From assembly GCA_015680685.1 (NCBI GenBank), contig MNCI01000852.1, forward strand, positions 551,349-615,348: a stretch of 64,000 bases of DNA. Reading direction: 5' to 3'. Made by a program: the position numbers and the translations under genes. Under the pieces are notes generated by a model, which was not told where the DNA came from, did not search any database, and saw only the letters and a program-made list of their open reading frames with translations. Source of the stretch: Gnetum montanum (taxonomy: Eukaryota; Plantae; Gnetophyta). Of the stretch, positions 1 to 13,430 are shown piece after piece (position 1 is the stretch's first letter; every line of letters begins with the position of its first letter).

Positions 1-420
1 AAGTAGAAATACAAAGATTTCTTATTAAAGAGAGTTTGGCTTTAGAGCAAAATGTGCATGGTGAAATGAAGGCTAAGTTGCAAGATCTTTAAAATTATAT
101 ACTCAATGATGCATTTGTTACACATTACATACACATTTTTAAGATTCTAATTACAAGCAACAATGATCTTGCAAGTATATCATTAGGGAGTTTACCATCA
201 CTATAATAGGCTCATGATAAAGTCTTAGAGGCATTTCTCTCTACAATGAAATTAAATGAATCTTAGCCATAGCCTTACCCTATGAATGGTACTGATGATT
301 CTTCATCTTAACACAAGCTACAAGAGCCTATCTTTATGGTGGTCAAAGACACACTATTAGACAACAAAGCTAAAAGTCATCATCTTTCACTAGTATTTTC
401 TCAAGTTTAGACATGAGTTT
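1..420 (+). pseudogene. Degenerate Ty1/Copia gag (UBN2-like) remnant
   Basis: Reads NDLASISLGSLPSL near 162-203, resembling the Copia gag DLAxxLLGSLP motif; many stops. Confidence 0.35.
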
Positions 421-2249
421 CTAGACAATGATGTTCCTAATCTACTTTCATTATAAGCAAGTTCTTGTTAAAATATTTTTGTTTCTTCTTATTTATGTTA
501 TTTTAAAAAATAAAATCACCCTTAATATCTTTGTTTCCATTTCTTTCGTCATTTTAATAAAATGTTTTAAAGAAAAAATAGATTATAGCATATTTTTTTC
601 TTAAGAAAAAAATATTACCTTTAATAATCTTTCTTACATATGCTTTATTAAGTTAAGAATATTTTGTATAAAAGCTTAGTATTGCCTACTTGAAATGATT
701 TAAATGTAATTCTATTTAGGTAATTGTAATTATTCTCCAAAATTGCTAACAATGAAATTTTTTTCTTGATTCTATGTTAAGTTATTAGTGGGGAAGATAC
801 TATTTGGTCATTAGTAAATGTATAATTTTAGATCACTTAAAATATTAAGAGTCACAAGTGGGTTCATTATAAAGAAAAGCAAACATGAATGTTTGCAATG
901 TTAAGAATGAGGAATGGTGTTAAGCTTTGGTACTTCTGTTCAGCTTAACATCTTCAAAAATGTCTCTATGTTTTTCAAAGTGAATTTCTATAAATCACCA
1001 TGTATGGTGGTAGACCATCACAATGAAATTAACGTCGACAACATGATTACTTACAAGATTAGTTTTAACTAGTTATGACTAATTGATAAGTCATAATGTT
1101 GCACTAAAAGGCATAAAAATCCCCATATACTTATCAATAAACATAATTCACTGTTGTAAGTATGCAGAAAAGAATTAGTATTGCATCATACTAGGAAACT
1201 ATATTAAAGTAAGATTCATATTATTTTAAAACTAAGAGATGATTACATTACTTGTTATTTTAAATCCAATATTATTTTATCCTACAAAATAATATAAATC
1301 ATGTTAAAATAATTTTAACATTGAAGTTTCTATTTTCTTGGACCTTATTACTTTAATTATCACATGAAATTTCAACAATTTGAAGGATAAAAGCTGAAAT
1401 TCTAGAAAATATTCATGTTTTTTCCTATCTTAAGAGTTTTTGGCATTAAGGATATATATTTTACACAAGTTTTATTATTCAATTGAAGTCAATTTATATG
1501 TTAAATTTAATGTAGTGGAGCTTCTCTCACAATTTCATTTTATTTCATTCATCCAAGTTAAATTCTAGGACATTTGATGTTTATAAGCCCATGGGGCATG
1601 TTTAAATAATAATGCTTTTGTTAATAGGAAAAATATAAGAAATTCCTCTTATATTTTAATCTTATTTAAAGGTGTTGGTGTTCAAATTTATTTTAGTTAT
1701 GTTGTAATTATAATATAGGTTAGTTTCACAATCTTTGTCAATTTGCATGCTAAGTTGTTATGCATGTCTAAGATTTCTATTACTTGATGTTTTGCAAAAT
1801 GTCATCCATGTTTTCCATGAAGTTGTAAGCTTAATTGACCCTTTGAATTCAATATTTTAAATGGAAAATTTTATTTTGGACATGACTATGTGATTGCAAT
1901 CTAATCATGACCTAGTTTTGAGCTCATGATGAATTTTTGATTTTTCCTCTATAGATTGTGACTCATAGTTTACTTGTAGTCTATAAAGCAACTTATGATC
2001 ATAATAGTGGAATTTTAAGCTTCTTCTTTTTATTTATACTATGACCTATAGTCCACTTATAGTGACTACTCTAACTTACACCATGATTTATAGTTGCCTT
2101 GCAATTGCCAAAAATCAATATAATTTTTTTCTAGCCTTCCTCAACTCCAAATAACTTAGAATCTCTATTATTTGATAGTTAATATTGAGCTTGTCATATC
2201 TACATTGACTCAACAAAGACCTAAAGAAATACATGATATATTTTAGTGT

Positions 2250-2760
2250 GTAGTAGGCTAACTTTACCTTTATCACATTAGGAAAGTTTCAAAACAAAGT
2301 AGAGAAAATACTAGCTTCCACCTACTCCTTATATGAGGATAAGGAACATGCTCATGATATTATTAAATAAATATTTCATATAAAGAGGGCCAATAATAAG
2401 TTTTACAAAGGAAAATATACAAACCAAAGGAAAGTGGTGTAAGATCTAGTTTAAAGATTAATTAAAAGATGTATCATTTACATCAAAGAATCTTTATTTA
2501 GTGATTTTTTAAAGATATTCTTTAATATCAAACTATTAGAGTCATAATAATGAAATAATTATGAAGAATGAAGAATTTTTAAATTTGGAGTACTTTATTG
2601 GATTCTATGTAGATTGTAAATGGATTGTGGATCATGGTGATGAATTTTGATAAGGTCTTAAGTTGAGCATACTTCATAATTGATGAAACATTTAATAGGA
2701 GGACTATGATCTATGATATCATAGATGAAATATTATAGCTCAATATATGATGTAGTGGGC
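2250..2760 (+). pseudogene. Possible hAT-like (DUF659-type) transposase remnant
   Basis: Weak translated fragments KVEKILAS, NEEFFKF and IYDIIDE resemble the hAT ETRFAS / DEEFW / IYDxMD motifs in the right order; heavily decayed. Confidence 0.25.
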
Positions 2761-4269
2761 CATGGTCATGCTTATAAATATGAGCCCACCATTGTGCCAA
2801 ATCATAAGTTTTTACTAACCATTAGTGAAATTCTTCTAGTTTATTTTCTTGAAGATAAAGCTAGTTGTGAATGCCAATAGTGGTGAATTATAGTTGCATG
2901 ACATCTTTATGTAAGTGGATTGTTCTTAGCCATAATTCATGAATAGCAATAAATATTAAGATTTTTCTTTATCATTGCAGCATTACACATAGAATAGATT
3001 TAATTTTACTTTGTCATTTACATTTCCTAAGTCATTTAATATTACCATGTTCATTAATATAGGTGAAATAAATATAACTAGTTTCAAGTGTAAAGTGTAA
3101 TTGTTTGATAGCCTAGTAGTGACTTTACTTGATTCACTCAATAATAAAGTTGTTAATCTTAGTAACAGTTACATTAGCCTAGGATATGTATAGTAAGCCA
3201 CGACTGGATACTTATCTCCAATAGGCTAGAATAGCTTTACATTATTATTTTCCTTAATTAATATAATTCATATTATTTTTCACTATGTTTACCCTTAGCA
3301 TACTTAAAGCCAAACAACATCATTTAATCATATACCTCACTAAGAGTTAAACTATGTGTTTTTTCACTTCACTAAATCCAAGTGAGAAGATAACAATAAC
3401 AAACTCATTATTAACGCACTAGTATATTTACATTGTCCATCCATAGATTACAATCTAGTCACACGTAAACACTTTTAACTTGTATGGTTGAGTGTTGGAG
3501 TTCTCTACTACTCATTAGCAGCAAAGGTCACATTAGCTATTTAGTGTAGAATATAAATTCTAGAAAGTAAATTACAAGGAAAGAAAATACTAAATTCAAA
3601 GTGCCGCAATGTAATTGAGAATCAATCTTGATATTTATTACTAAACATGATTACATTATGACATGACTACTTGAATAAGATTGTTGGAATACTAATTCAA
3701 TCTCATGAAAAAATGATTGAAGATTTTGTTAGAAGAATGAAAAGAATTTAACTTGCTTGAATAAATGAAGTAATACATATTCCATATATTAAAAAAAAGA
3801 TTAAGGAGGTGTCCATTTATTGGTTATTCTATACCAATAGATCATTAGTGATAGTTACAAAGAGTCATATGACCAAAAATGAAAAAGATGTGATGGTATG
3901 ATAAACTAAAATGAAGTAGGAGATTCAAAAAAAGACCATGGTGTGTTGGAATACACAAAGATGTGCATGTATTGAAAACTGTTGTAGAAAACTAAAGCAA
4001 CCACAGTTATGAAGAAAAAAAGTAAAGAAAGTGAAATGGAAGCCAAGTCAAATAGAGATTCCATGCAAAATATTGTGAGACTTCCTACTATAGACATATG
4101 TGAAGCAAGTTTCTTTGGTTCATAAACATGTGGATCAAAATACATATTATTTATCTTACCAGATATTATACATAATAATTGTGTATAACTCAACTTTTAT
4201 AAAAGAATTTTATTGCTTTGATTTATTCATTTTTTTTATTCAAGATCTTAGTATAAATGAATGATTCAT

Positions 4270-7200
4270 TGATATTGTATCAAAGTTAAATCCCAAGAAG
4301 AATGATGAAAGTAAAAGTAAGAAGGGAAAGGAGACTCTTAAGAAGAAAATTGATTAAGAAAAGAAGATTAAAGTATTAAATAAGGAATTATAGAAACTTA
4401 TCCTTGTAGAGAAATAAGAATAGAAGAACTTTGATGGAAAAGATGATTATCCTAAAAAATATTCATTTGAAAAGATCCAACTATTGGATATGGGTAGAGA
4501 TGATGAAATTATTGTTGGGTATCAATGAGCTTTGGGATAGTGAAGTTTCCCAAAAAATCTCCAATAGATGAGTATGATATGATCTAATATTATATTATAC
4601 TCTAGCTAGTGGTATATGCTAGTGTATTCAAATGCCTTTAATATACTTTGAATCATTGGGCTTGTATATATAATGTATACTTTAATTTTGTGTATCTTGA
4701 GATTTGATTTTTGAATCCCCTAATTATCATTTTATTTATGATTAGTATTCGCTAATATATTTTCTTATAAGCTTATGTATAATATGCCTTGGAACTACTT
4801 ATGTATTAGTAAGACTTGCTACATGATTTATTATATCTTGGTGATATGCTTCTTGAGGTTTGGATCTTGAACCTTATTCTTGTTATATATTATTATTGTA
4901 TTTTTAATTATTTTTTGGTATTTTCTAATTCTTGATGCTTCTTTTGAAATATTAGTTGGAAGATGGTGGTAATCCATTCCTAGTAATTTATGCTTATAAT
5001 TATTTATATATTTATATTATTTAAAGGTTTTTTTAAAAATGTAAGTATATAGTAAGATTTAAAGGCATGTTAAATATTTAATTGAGGTTTGTTTTAGTTT
5101 TTCTCTTATTTTATCTTAGGCATTAGAAACCCATTCTTGTGCGATGTAGACTATATCTAGTATCTCTTGACAACTTGAACCCATGATCATAGTTATAGAT
5201 GGATCATTTAAAACCTAATATAGATGCATATGACCTAATATTGCAATTAGATTATTATTCTTAAAATTATGCAAACATTATATTGTGCCTTTAAATAATT
5301 ATCAATTATGGCTCTACTTTAGAGAGAGTTTTCTCTTTCTCTTTACAAGGAATTCTTTAGTAGGAAGTGAAAACTCATGAGGATGCTTCTAAAGGACAAG
5401 GCTTGATCCTTTTTCTACCTAAAAGGAAAGGTTTTTAAAGATTAGTTATAAGAATGAAAACCTAAAGATATATCTCTAAAATTAGTGGGATTTTTCTTTA
5501 TATTCTTTCTTTGTTGATTTGATGTACTTTGAATATTTTAAAATTATTTTTTATTTTTTGGGTCTAACAACCCCCTTTCTCAACATTAAGTGTGAATCTC
5601 TCTCTTTCTCTCAAAGTGAATCTCTCAAAGGTTTCATATATGAACATGTTCTTGCTTGGAAAGTCATTACTTTCATTTGATCTTCCAAGATCAAGGAAAT
5701 GGTTCTTCTTCAGGTAAGGTTCTTTACATTAGTTTTTGAATCTTGATATCAAATTTTTCTTAATTTTGATATCCTAATATGTGAATTTAATATATGTGTA
5801 TTGTAACAACCATATCTTGCATGCTTTTCAATCTTTCTTAATTGCTTTTTAACATTCTATGAAAACTTCTTCCTATGTTAATGATAGTAGTAGTATCAAT
5901 GGACATCATGATTTGAGATCATGACAAAACTAAGAGTTGAGATGAAAATATAGTATGTTATGCAAATCAACATGACATAAATAGTGAATGAAAAAAATGA
6001 TAACATCTAATAATGGGGGTTAGCTAATATTTTGGGTGTGTATGGGCACATTCAAAGTGTTAGAAAGCTAGGAAAGAAATGATTAGACTATTGATATTAG
6101 TTAGTTGGTCATAATAAGTTGACACTGGAGTTGGACCATTCACTTAGTATCATGCAATTACTATTAGTAGGGTTTTATTAGTTAACATGATTTGTAGAGG
6201 GACAACTAATGTGGTAACACTAAGTATTTTTCCATGGTAAATATGATTTAAAGGATTTTATCAATCTAATAGTGTGCTACTTGGTTGATTGGTCATGGTA
6301 AAGTAAATTTATAAGATTTTGTTAACCTAGTGGCATGTGGACTTGTATCAATACACCTTAGATGATAGTGATTGTTAGGTCTTTAGGATAGTTGTAGGAT
6401 TAATTCTAGCCATAAATGTAATCTAACTATTGGACATTCATGAGGGTGGTATAAAGAGGTAAGGTTTCTCAACCAAGAGGTCTTAATGGCTAGTTTAAGT
6501 TAGTATTAGCTTTATAGTTATTCTAATGTCTAATGCTAGAAACTCATGGGAATATCACTAGTAAATGCAAGTCATGGGTTAATGATAGTTAATGCATTAA
6601 TAATGTTGATTAACAATTAGGCTAATGATATTTGCTATTGGTTCTAATGGTGTGCTTTGTAGCATGGGCTCCATCTTCCTACTTCATTTTGGATGGTACC
6701 AATGTGATTTTTTCTATTCTGTAGTTGTTGTAATCCTTCTGGCATGTGCTTCATGCTAATTATAGTTGAAGGCTTAGGTTGAGTTTTCAAGTGATGATGC
6801 ACATAGGAGATCAAAGTACATAATAGAAGTAATGGTGCAGTGTAGATGAAGGATTCAAGCATTGTTGCATTTTTGAAGTCATGTTATGGATTTGTAAAAT
6901 GGCCATTGAAGTTACCTATTGTATCTCATGTAAAATTTGTATATAAAAAACTTTTATTTGAGATGTTGGTATAATATAACATGGATATTATGAAGTGCTT
7001 ATTCTTTATGACTTGTTCAAGCATGCTTATTAAATGATAAGGTTTCATATTATTTGGTATTTTGAAGTTTTCCATTGATTCATTTTGGGATGTTAAGTAA
7101 TTCATATGAATTATCTGGATTTTTAAGTAATTAATTGATGCCCCTTAAGTGGTTCCATGTGTTCTAGGATGTGACATATGAAATATATAGATAAAACTTG

Positions 7201-8276
7201 ATCAATTAATTGTCAAACTAATAGTAAAAATTAACAATATTAGATTTGAATTAAAAAATGGTGGGATATATTTAAATGAAGTAGATATGAAGAAATTAAA
7301 CTTGATGTCTTAACAAAAGAATGCAATATGATGGTAAAAAGCCTTGGAAGTTGTGGATTTAAGATTAGACTATGTAACACTTATTGCCTTGTAGTTGCAA
7401 GAAAATAAAATGAAGTAAGAAGAAAAAGAAGTTGAAAAAGTCATGAGTGCCTAAGATAAAAGAAAGAATTTTAAGAGTGATAAAAGGAATAATTTTTAAA
7501 AAATGGACAAACCAAAGAATGATTATACATATTTTATTTATGAAAAAAAGGAATATAAGTACAAAAATTATTAGTTTAACCTTAAGAATCTAAAGGTCAA
7601 TTAAGTTTAACAAAAGATGATGCAGAGAATAATGAGAAATAAAGGTAAAATAACATAAAGAATTGAACCAAAACTAGATCAAATAAATAGAGTGATAAGT
7701 AATCAAATATCAAATTGTAGGTGATGTGTTACCTTCCTTCAGTGATTTCATGAAAAAAAAAGATGATTCATATGGAATGGGTGATTAACTCGAGATGAAA
7801 AAGACATATCACTATGAATAAAAAGGTATTTAAGTCCATGAATCCATATGTAAGTAGAGGAGATACTATTTTAATAGAAGATTTATGTAGCTACAAAGAA
7901 GTTAGAGAGGTTAATGCAGAAATCAACCAAATAGCCATGAGAATTGATGACATATAGTATGTCTTAAAATTAAAATGACATAACCTATCATTTGTTAAAC
8001 TAGTGAGATTAGAAAAATATGTATTGTTTACAAAGGATCAAAATCATCAAGTCCATTATAAGATCATAGATAAAATTAATACTAAGGAAATAATGAAGTG
8101 TTTAACCTCAATTTGTTGACAAAATTAGTATATTTTGTTACATACAACCAATCTGAAAATGAATTATGGCTTGTCAAATTTGGACACATGAGTATCATTT
8201 ATATGAAGAAAATGTAACTTCTCACCATAGGACCCCATGGTATTATGTTATGTTTATTATATGTGTGATTAGACAT
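4270..8276 (+). mobile_element. Degenerate Ty1/Copia element (gag, protease, pre-integrase), split by a solo LTR and cut by A1
   Basis: Decayed tRNA-Met PBS (ttgtatcaaagt ~4277); gag-like INNIRFELKNGGIYLNEVDM ~7230; protease-like WVINSR*KRHIT ~7778 (cf. WxxDSGAxxHMT); ELWLVKFGHMS at 8161 (cf. LWHxRLGH). Confidence 0.6.
4578..7176 (+). mobile_element. Probable solo LTR (~2.6 kb) inserted in the Copia gag
   Basis: Ends in ...ggatgtgaca (7176); flanked by identical TATGA at 4573-4577 and 7177-7181; the start tatgat could be decayed tgtgat; Copia gag-like coding on both sides. Confidence 0.5.
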
Positions 8277-9100
8277 TGATGAGTCATCCTTTTGTGACCT
8301 CAACGTCAGGACTAAGCACCGTCGGATACTTGATGTCATCTCATCTAGATCTCGCCTATAAATACTACACTTGGGCTCCTAGATGAGACAACATGTAGAG
8401 CATAGGAATTAGGGAGATAGTTTTAATTTTCATTTTCTTCTCTTTTAAGTCTATTATTCCTAGTGCATGATGTTTGTAATTGTATGACATCTTTGTTTAA
8501 GTGTGATGTACTTGGACACATTACATGATTGGCAATAAACATTGAGATTACTTTCATCATTGTAGCATCCACTTAGATTATTGTTGCTTTAATTATTTAT
8601 TGCTTTCTTTAGTTAAATATTTTCATTTATTGTCATTTACTATTCCTGTTATTAAGCAGAATGTGTATGCCTTAATCACGAGTGTTTAAGTGTAGATACT
8701 TGGTAATCCAGAGGTGTATAGTTTGGCACAGCTAGTGACATACGCTTGGCAATCCCAAAAGTAGTCTCACGAAGTCCAAGACATGTACGAATGATTAAGT
8801 GTGGATACTCATTGCCATAGGCTAGTTAGATTTTATTTTCCATTATTCATTAGTTTAATTAATTTATCTCTTTATTGTCATCAAGAGTAGCATATAATTA
8901 GGAACAACATCATATGCCTCAATTTGGACTAAACCATATGTGACAAAGCTACTACTAGTCCAAGTGGGAAGATAGTGAATTGTGATCAAAGCATAAGGAT
9001 CTAGGTGCCACAACTAGTCCCATCCATGGAATTTGACCAGATTGTATGTGAACGCTTGTGATTTATATGGTTGAGCATAGGAATACCTCGCTTCTCATCA
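8277..9100 (+). repeat. 5' LTR of A1
   Basis: tgatgagtcatcc...ctcatca; TATA (ctataaata ~8357); first ~190 bp match 16362-16598. Confidence 0.85.
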
Positions 9101-9769
9101 TTGGCGATATTTTCAAGGATGGTGTTAATTATCTAGATTAGTTATATTATATAAGATCATTGTAAAAGGTATTAACGATGTATCTTTCATATAGTATTAA
9201 ATCACACATTGTAACCAACAACAATGTCTCTCCCAGATGGAAATGAAAATGCACTATATAGTGAACACATTCATTGGAGAACTAATGAGATATACAATGA
9301 AGAAAATTGGAGTGATCAACCTTATGCAAGGGTTCTTATGATCATGACCACCTTGATGACACTCAAAGACTAGATTCACCTAAGGTAGAAAATCTTAGAG
9401 GAGATGACATAACTCTTGAATTAGGGGAGGCCTCAAGGCCTAAGACCTCCTCGAAAAGTAGAAATCATAAATTAAGGAACCTTGGGGAACATCATAATAG
9501 CCATGGAAACTCTTCCAGTTCCTCATCTTCCTCTTTCCCTTCAATGTCTAGTTCTAACGAAGATGAACATAGGTATATAGATTGAGCTTTATTAAAGGGT
9601 CAGACTAAAAACAAGAATTGAACCCATGGGAAGAGTCAAAGAGGACACCATGAACATAGGAACTTCCCTCACAATTTGTTTGATGATGATGACCTTTGTT
9701 GGCCATTAAGAGACTAATGCATATCACAGAGGTCATTAAGATATCTCGTAGGCATTGTAAAAAGAGTCA

Positions 9770-10330
9770 ACTACCTAAGCTTGACATGAATAATATTCTG
9801 AAATTTGTAAGAGGCTATGATTTAGATCTGTAACATCATTTAGAAGCCTTCCATGATGCTTGTGCTAACTATAACATTGAAAGTGGATGAAAAGGCTTAA
9901 GCTCTTTCCCAGGATACTAATTGATAGAGCCAAAGTATGGTATCAATCGTTGAGACCCAATTCAATCCAACAATGGTGTACAATGATAGAACTTTTCAGC
10001 GAGAGATACCAAACCTATAAAAGAGTGTCCAATCTAAGGAGACAAATCCAAGAGTAGAAACAAGAACAACATGAACCCTTGGAGATGGCCTTAGATAGAT
10101 ATTATGCTTTACTAAATCAATGCATGGGCCATGGTTTCTCTAAGGAAGTGCAACTTTACCACATCATAGATGGGCTTTGTAATGAAACAAGGGAAACCCT
10201 TGGGATGTATGTCCTAGGGTAACTATATGAGCTCCAAGCCCATCAGACCAAAGAGATAATAGAGCATGTGGAAAAAATAAGAAGGAGAGATGTGTAAGTG
10301 GAAGAATGTTGAGAACAATTAATGGGACCC
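9770..10330 (+). pseudogene. A1 retrotransposon gag core, disrupted
   Basis: HLEAFHDACANY...LFPRILIDRAKVWYQSLRPNSIQQW matches the Athila gag pattern LFPFSLxDxAxxWxxSL. Confidence 0.75.
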
Positions 10331-13150
10331 AACTCTTTAATCGAAGGAGGTCCAAATTTATGATAAGGAAAATGAAATTACTCTTGTTAAGGTGATTGTG
10401 CAATGAACTTTGCTAACAAAGAAGTTTATTGATGATCTAGAAGCAAAGTTTAATAGGATGTGTAAATAAATAGAGGACACAGAACCAAGAAACAGTTAGG
10501 AACACTTTTCGACAGACGAGAAAAGTGGCTAACAAAAGTCAGGCTAAAGACTCCACTACAAATGAAGATGACGAATGCGACTTATGCATATATGAACATT
10601 CAAGGGCTAATGCCCTATATTTTTTCATCTATAGGAGTATTGGGTAGGTGCCTTAAATCCAAAATTTATGCAAAAGCACATGCCTGGGAGACTTCCTCTC
10701 CCATAGGATAATTATTGACAATCCCACAACTGATCATACCATCCTAGGGGGACTTATCACCAGCCTTAATATAGTCATCAACCATAGTGGCAACAACCAC
10801 AGTCGTGGGGGAGGCCACCACCACATTAGCCATATCTACTAAAAATGCATGGCTATTATGTTCAACACCTTGTTTCTCCAACTAGTTTTGCATCCTTTAC
10901 TTCTAATCACCACTACCACTCTCCTAAGTACCATCAATACATGACATCCCCTAAAGGATCACCACCACATGCTTCTTACCATTCAACTTACCCTCGATAT
11001 TCTCATAATCCACCACCTTATATGCAATTACCAGTAATTTAGGAATGTCTAGGCCCACCATATCAACAAATGCATGTCACTTGTGTTGTAAATGTGCATA
11101 GACATGCTGACACCAGTGGGTCCCAACTGCAACATCAGAAACATCCCTTCTGGAGGAAAGGTCGTAAGCCAAGGCAAACCATGCATGGACCCACCACATC
11201 ATCCAAGCCAACACAAGGCCAACCTAGCATGTCACCTTCCCTATCTCAACCAATGTCCTTTGACCATACACAAGGGCCATCATTTGCTTGTACTTCAATC
11301 TCACATTTAACCAATGAATGTACAAATGTGGGGAGACAAATGAATCCATGCATACCATCTCATGCTCAAGGGTGTAATCATGGGTCAGTCATCCATAATG
11401 TTAACACACCTCATATTCTGATCCACTATACATATAACCATCAAGTGTGTGACCAAAAATTTTTCAACTCAACCACCACACCATCAATAAGCACCCAGTG
11501 GCTAGGGCATGAAGGATTCCCAATGTTTTATACATTCATGGATCCTATTCATCCACTTACTAATCATAGCCATGATCAAATGTTTGGTCATGGGGGTTAC
11601 CCCCCATTCTAATCTTCAATATTTTTAAGTGCTTTTTATCTTTTTGTTTTATAATTTTTTATACTTTTCCTATTTTTTCTACTTTTTTCTAGTTGTCATT
11701 TTAATTTTCTTTGTATGTAATCTCACTATTGACATTGTTGCCCATTGAGGTGAGGTTTTTTCTCTAGGTTGTCAAGTCATAAGGGACTAATTATTCAGAA
11801 ATTGAGACCACGACATCCATTCACCCATTCCACTAATAAGAGGTTCTTGCTCTAGTCATAATGGCAATCTTTTTCATCAACCAACTTAATAATAAATCTA
11901 TAATCATTGTGTTTAAATGGAAGAGTGCAAAACCAAGGTGGAACATCAAGGAGATTTGTGGATCCTCTTTGGCTACTTTTGTATGTTCTATCAGGTTGAG
12001 AAGGTTGTAACCATATCCTTGTAGATCTAATGAAAAATGAAAGTAAGAGCAACTTTAAAAGGCACTGAATAAACTTCTACAGGTTCCACTAGAAAGACAT
12101 GTACCCATGCTTGAAGGTTGGCAACTTCTTAGAGCCATAAACAAAATATGCAATTATGCCATAATATGCTCCTCCCTTAAAAAAAATGACAAGTGATATT
12201 ACTCCTTGCAACTTTGATAGTCTTATGGTTGTCTATCAATGGGATGAAACGATGCAGTGTCACTAACAAGTGGTTTGGACTTGGTTTGAATCTTGGAAAG
12301 AAGGATACATGGTTATTTAACCATTAATACCACACAAGATTTCATTATGACCATTGTACGACACCTCTTGTCCTGATTTCTACGATCCCTTCTACAATCC
12401 ATCTCATCTTGTTGTCTAGATGTTCATAACTTGTGATTTTGTGTAACATGGAGTGATAATCTTAATTTTGTAATTTTAGCATGTGTGTCTTTTGTTTCAC
12501 AGGTATGTGTTGCACTCAACCCCTCTAGTGCCTACAAACATTATAGGTGTGGTTACATAAGGGCATCATAGACTAGAGCCTACTTTGGGGAGGACCCACT
12601 TGTGTAACTTTTGTGACTTGTACTTATTTACTATGCACACATCATTTTTTACCTTCCAAAAATTCAAACTTGTTTCATCCTAGTGTTTCCCTTATCAAAA
12701 ATTAATCTATCCCACAATCAAGCTTTCAACACCCTTTTTCTTACTCATTTTCATGCTTTTAATGTTGATGACTTCACCTTATCCTGCTTTTGGTGCCTCC
12801 ACTTAATTTTCCACTTACCTAAACTGCAAAATTTAACTTTCAACCTTCTCATTAAACCTAGAGCTTCCATTTGTATGTTCATTGGCCCCATTAAATTGAA
12901 ATTTTTGGACTTCAACATCGGGTCCAACCTGACGTCAGGTTCAAAAATACTATAAATATGATCCCTGTGGAAATCATAACTACATTTTTCTCATTTTCTA
13001 CTAGGGGAGTTATTAAAATGTTTTCTTGTCACTTAGAGCTTTGCGCCTCCATCTTCCACTTATGATATCTAGCTCTTTCATGCTTTGATTTCCATGCCAT
13101 TTGAATCTATCTAAACCTAAAGTGTTCAGGGGGGGGGGGGGGGGGGGGGG

Positions 13151-13229
13151 NNNNNNNNNNNNNNNNNNNNNNNNNNNNNNNNNNNNNNNNNNNNNNNNNN
13201 NNNNNNNNNNNNNNNNNNNNNNNNNNNNN
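13151..13229. other. Assembly gap (N run) flanked by poly-G
   Basis: Seen directly. Confidence 0.99.
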
Positions 13230-13430
13230 GGGGGATGGTGGGGTTTGGGGTAGTGCTTGCATGTAAAATTTATGCTGATTTGCTAAAATTTGCTATTACT
13301 CAAAAGGTATCATAAGGGTAAGGATGTTAAAAAACCTTAGGAATTATAATGCAAAATCACTAACGATAATGCTAGATGTCCAATTTTTTCTAACCCTAAA
13401 CCCTAACACTTGATTTTTGCTTGATTGTAG

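Noticed and set aside
13127-13235. Poly-G tracts as G-quadruplex elements (also 24357-24375)
   Set aside because: One abuts an N gap, and homopolymer lengths are unreliable; no independent support.
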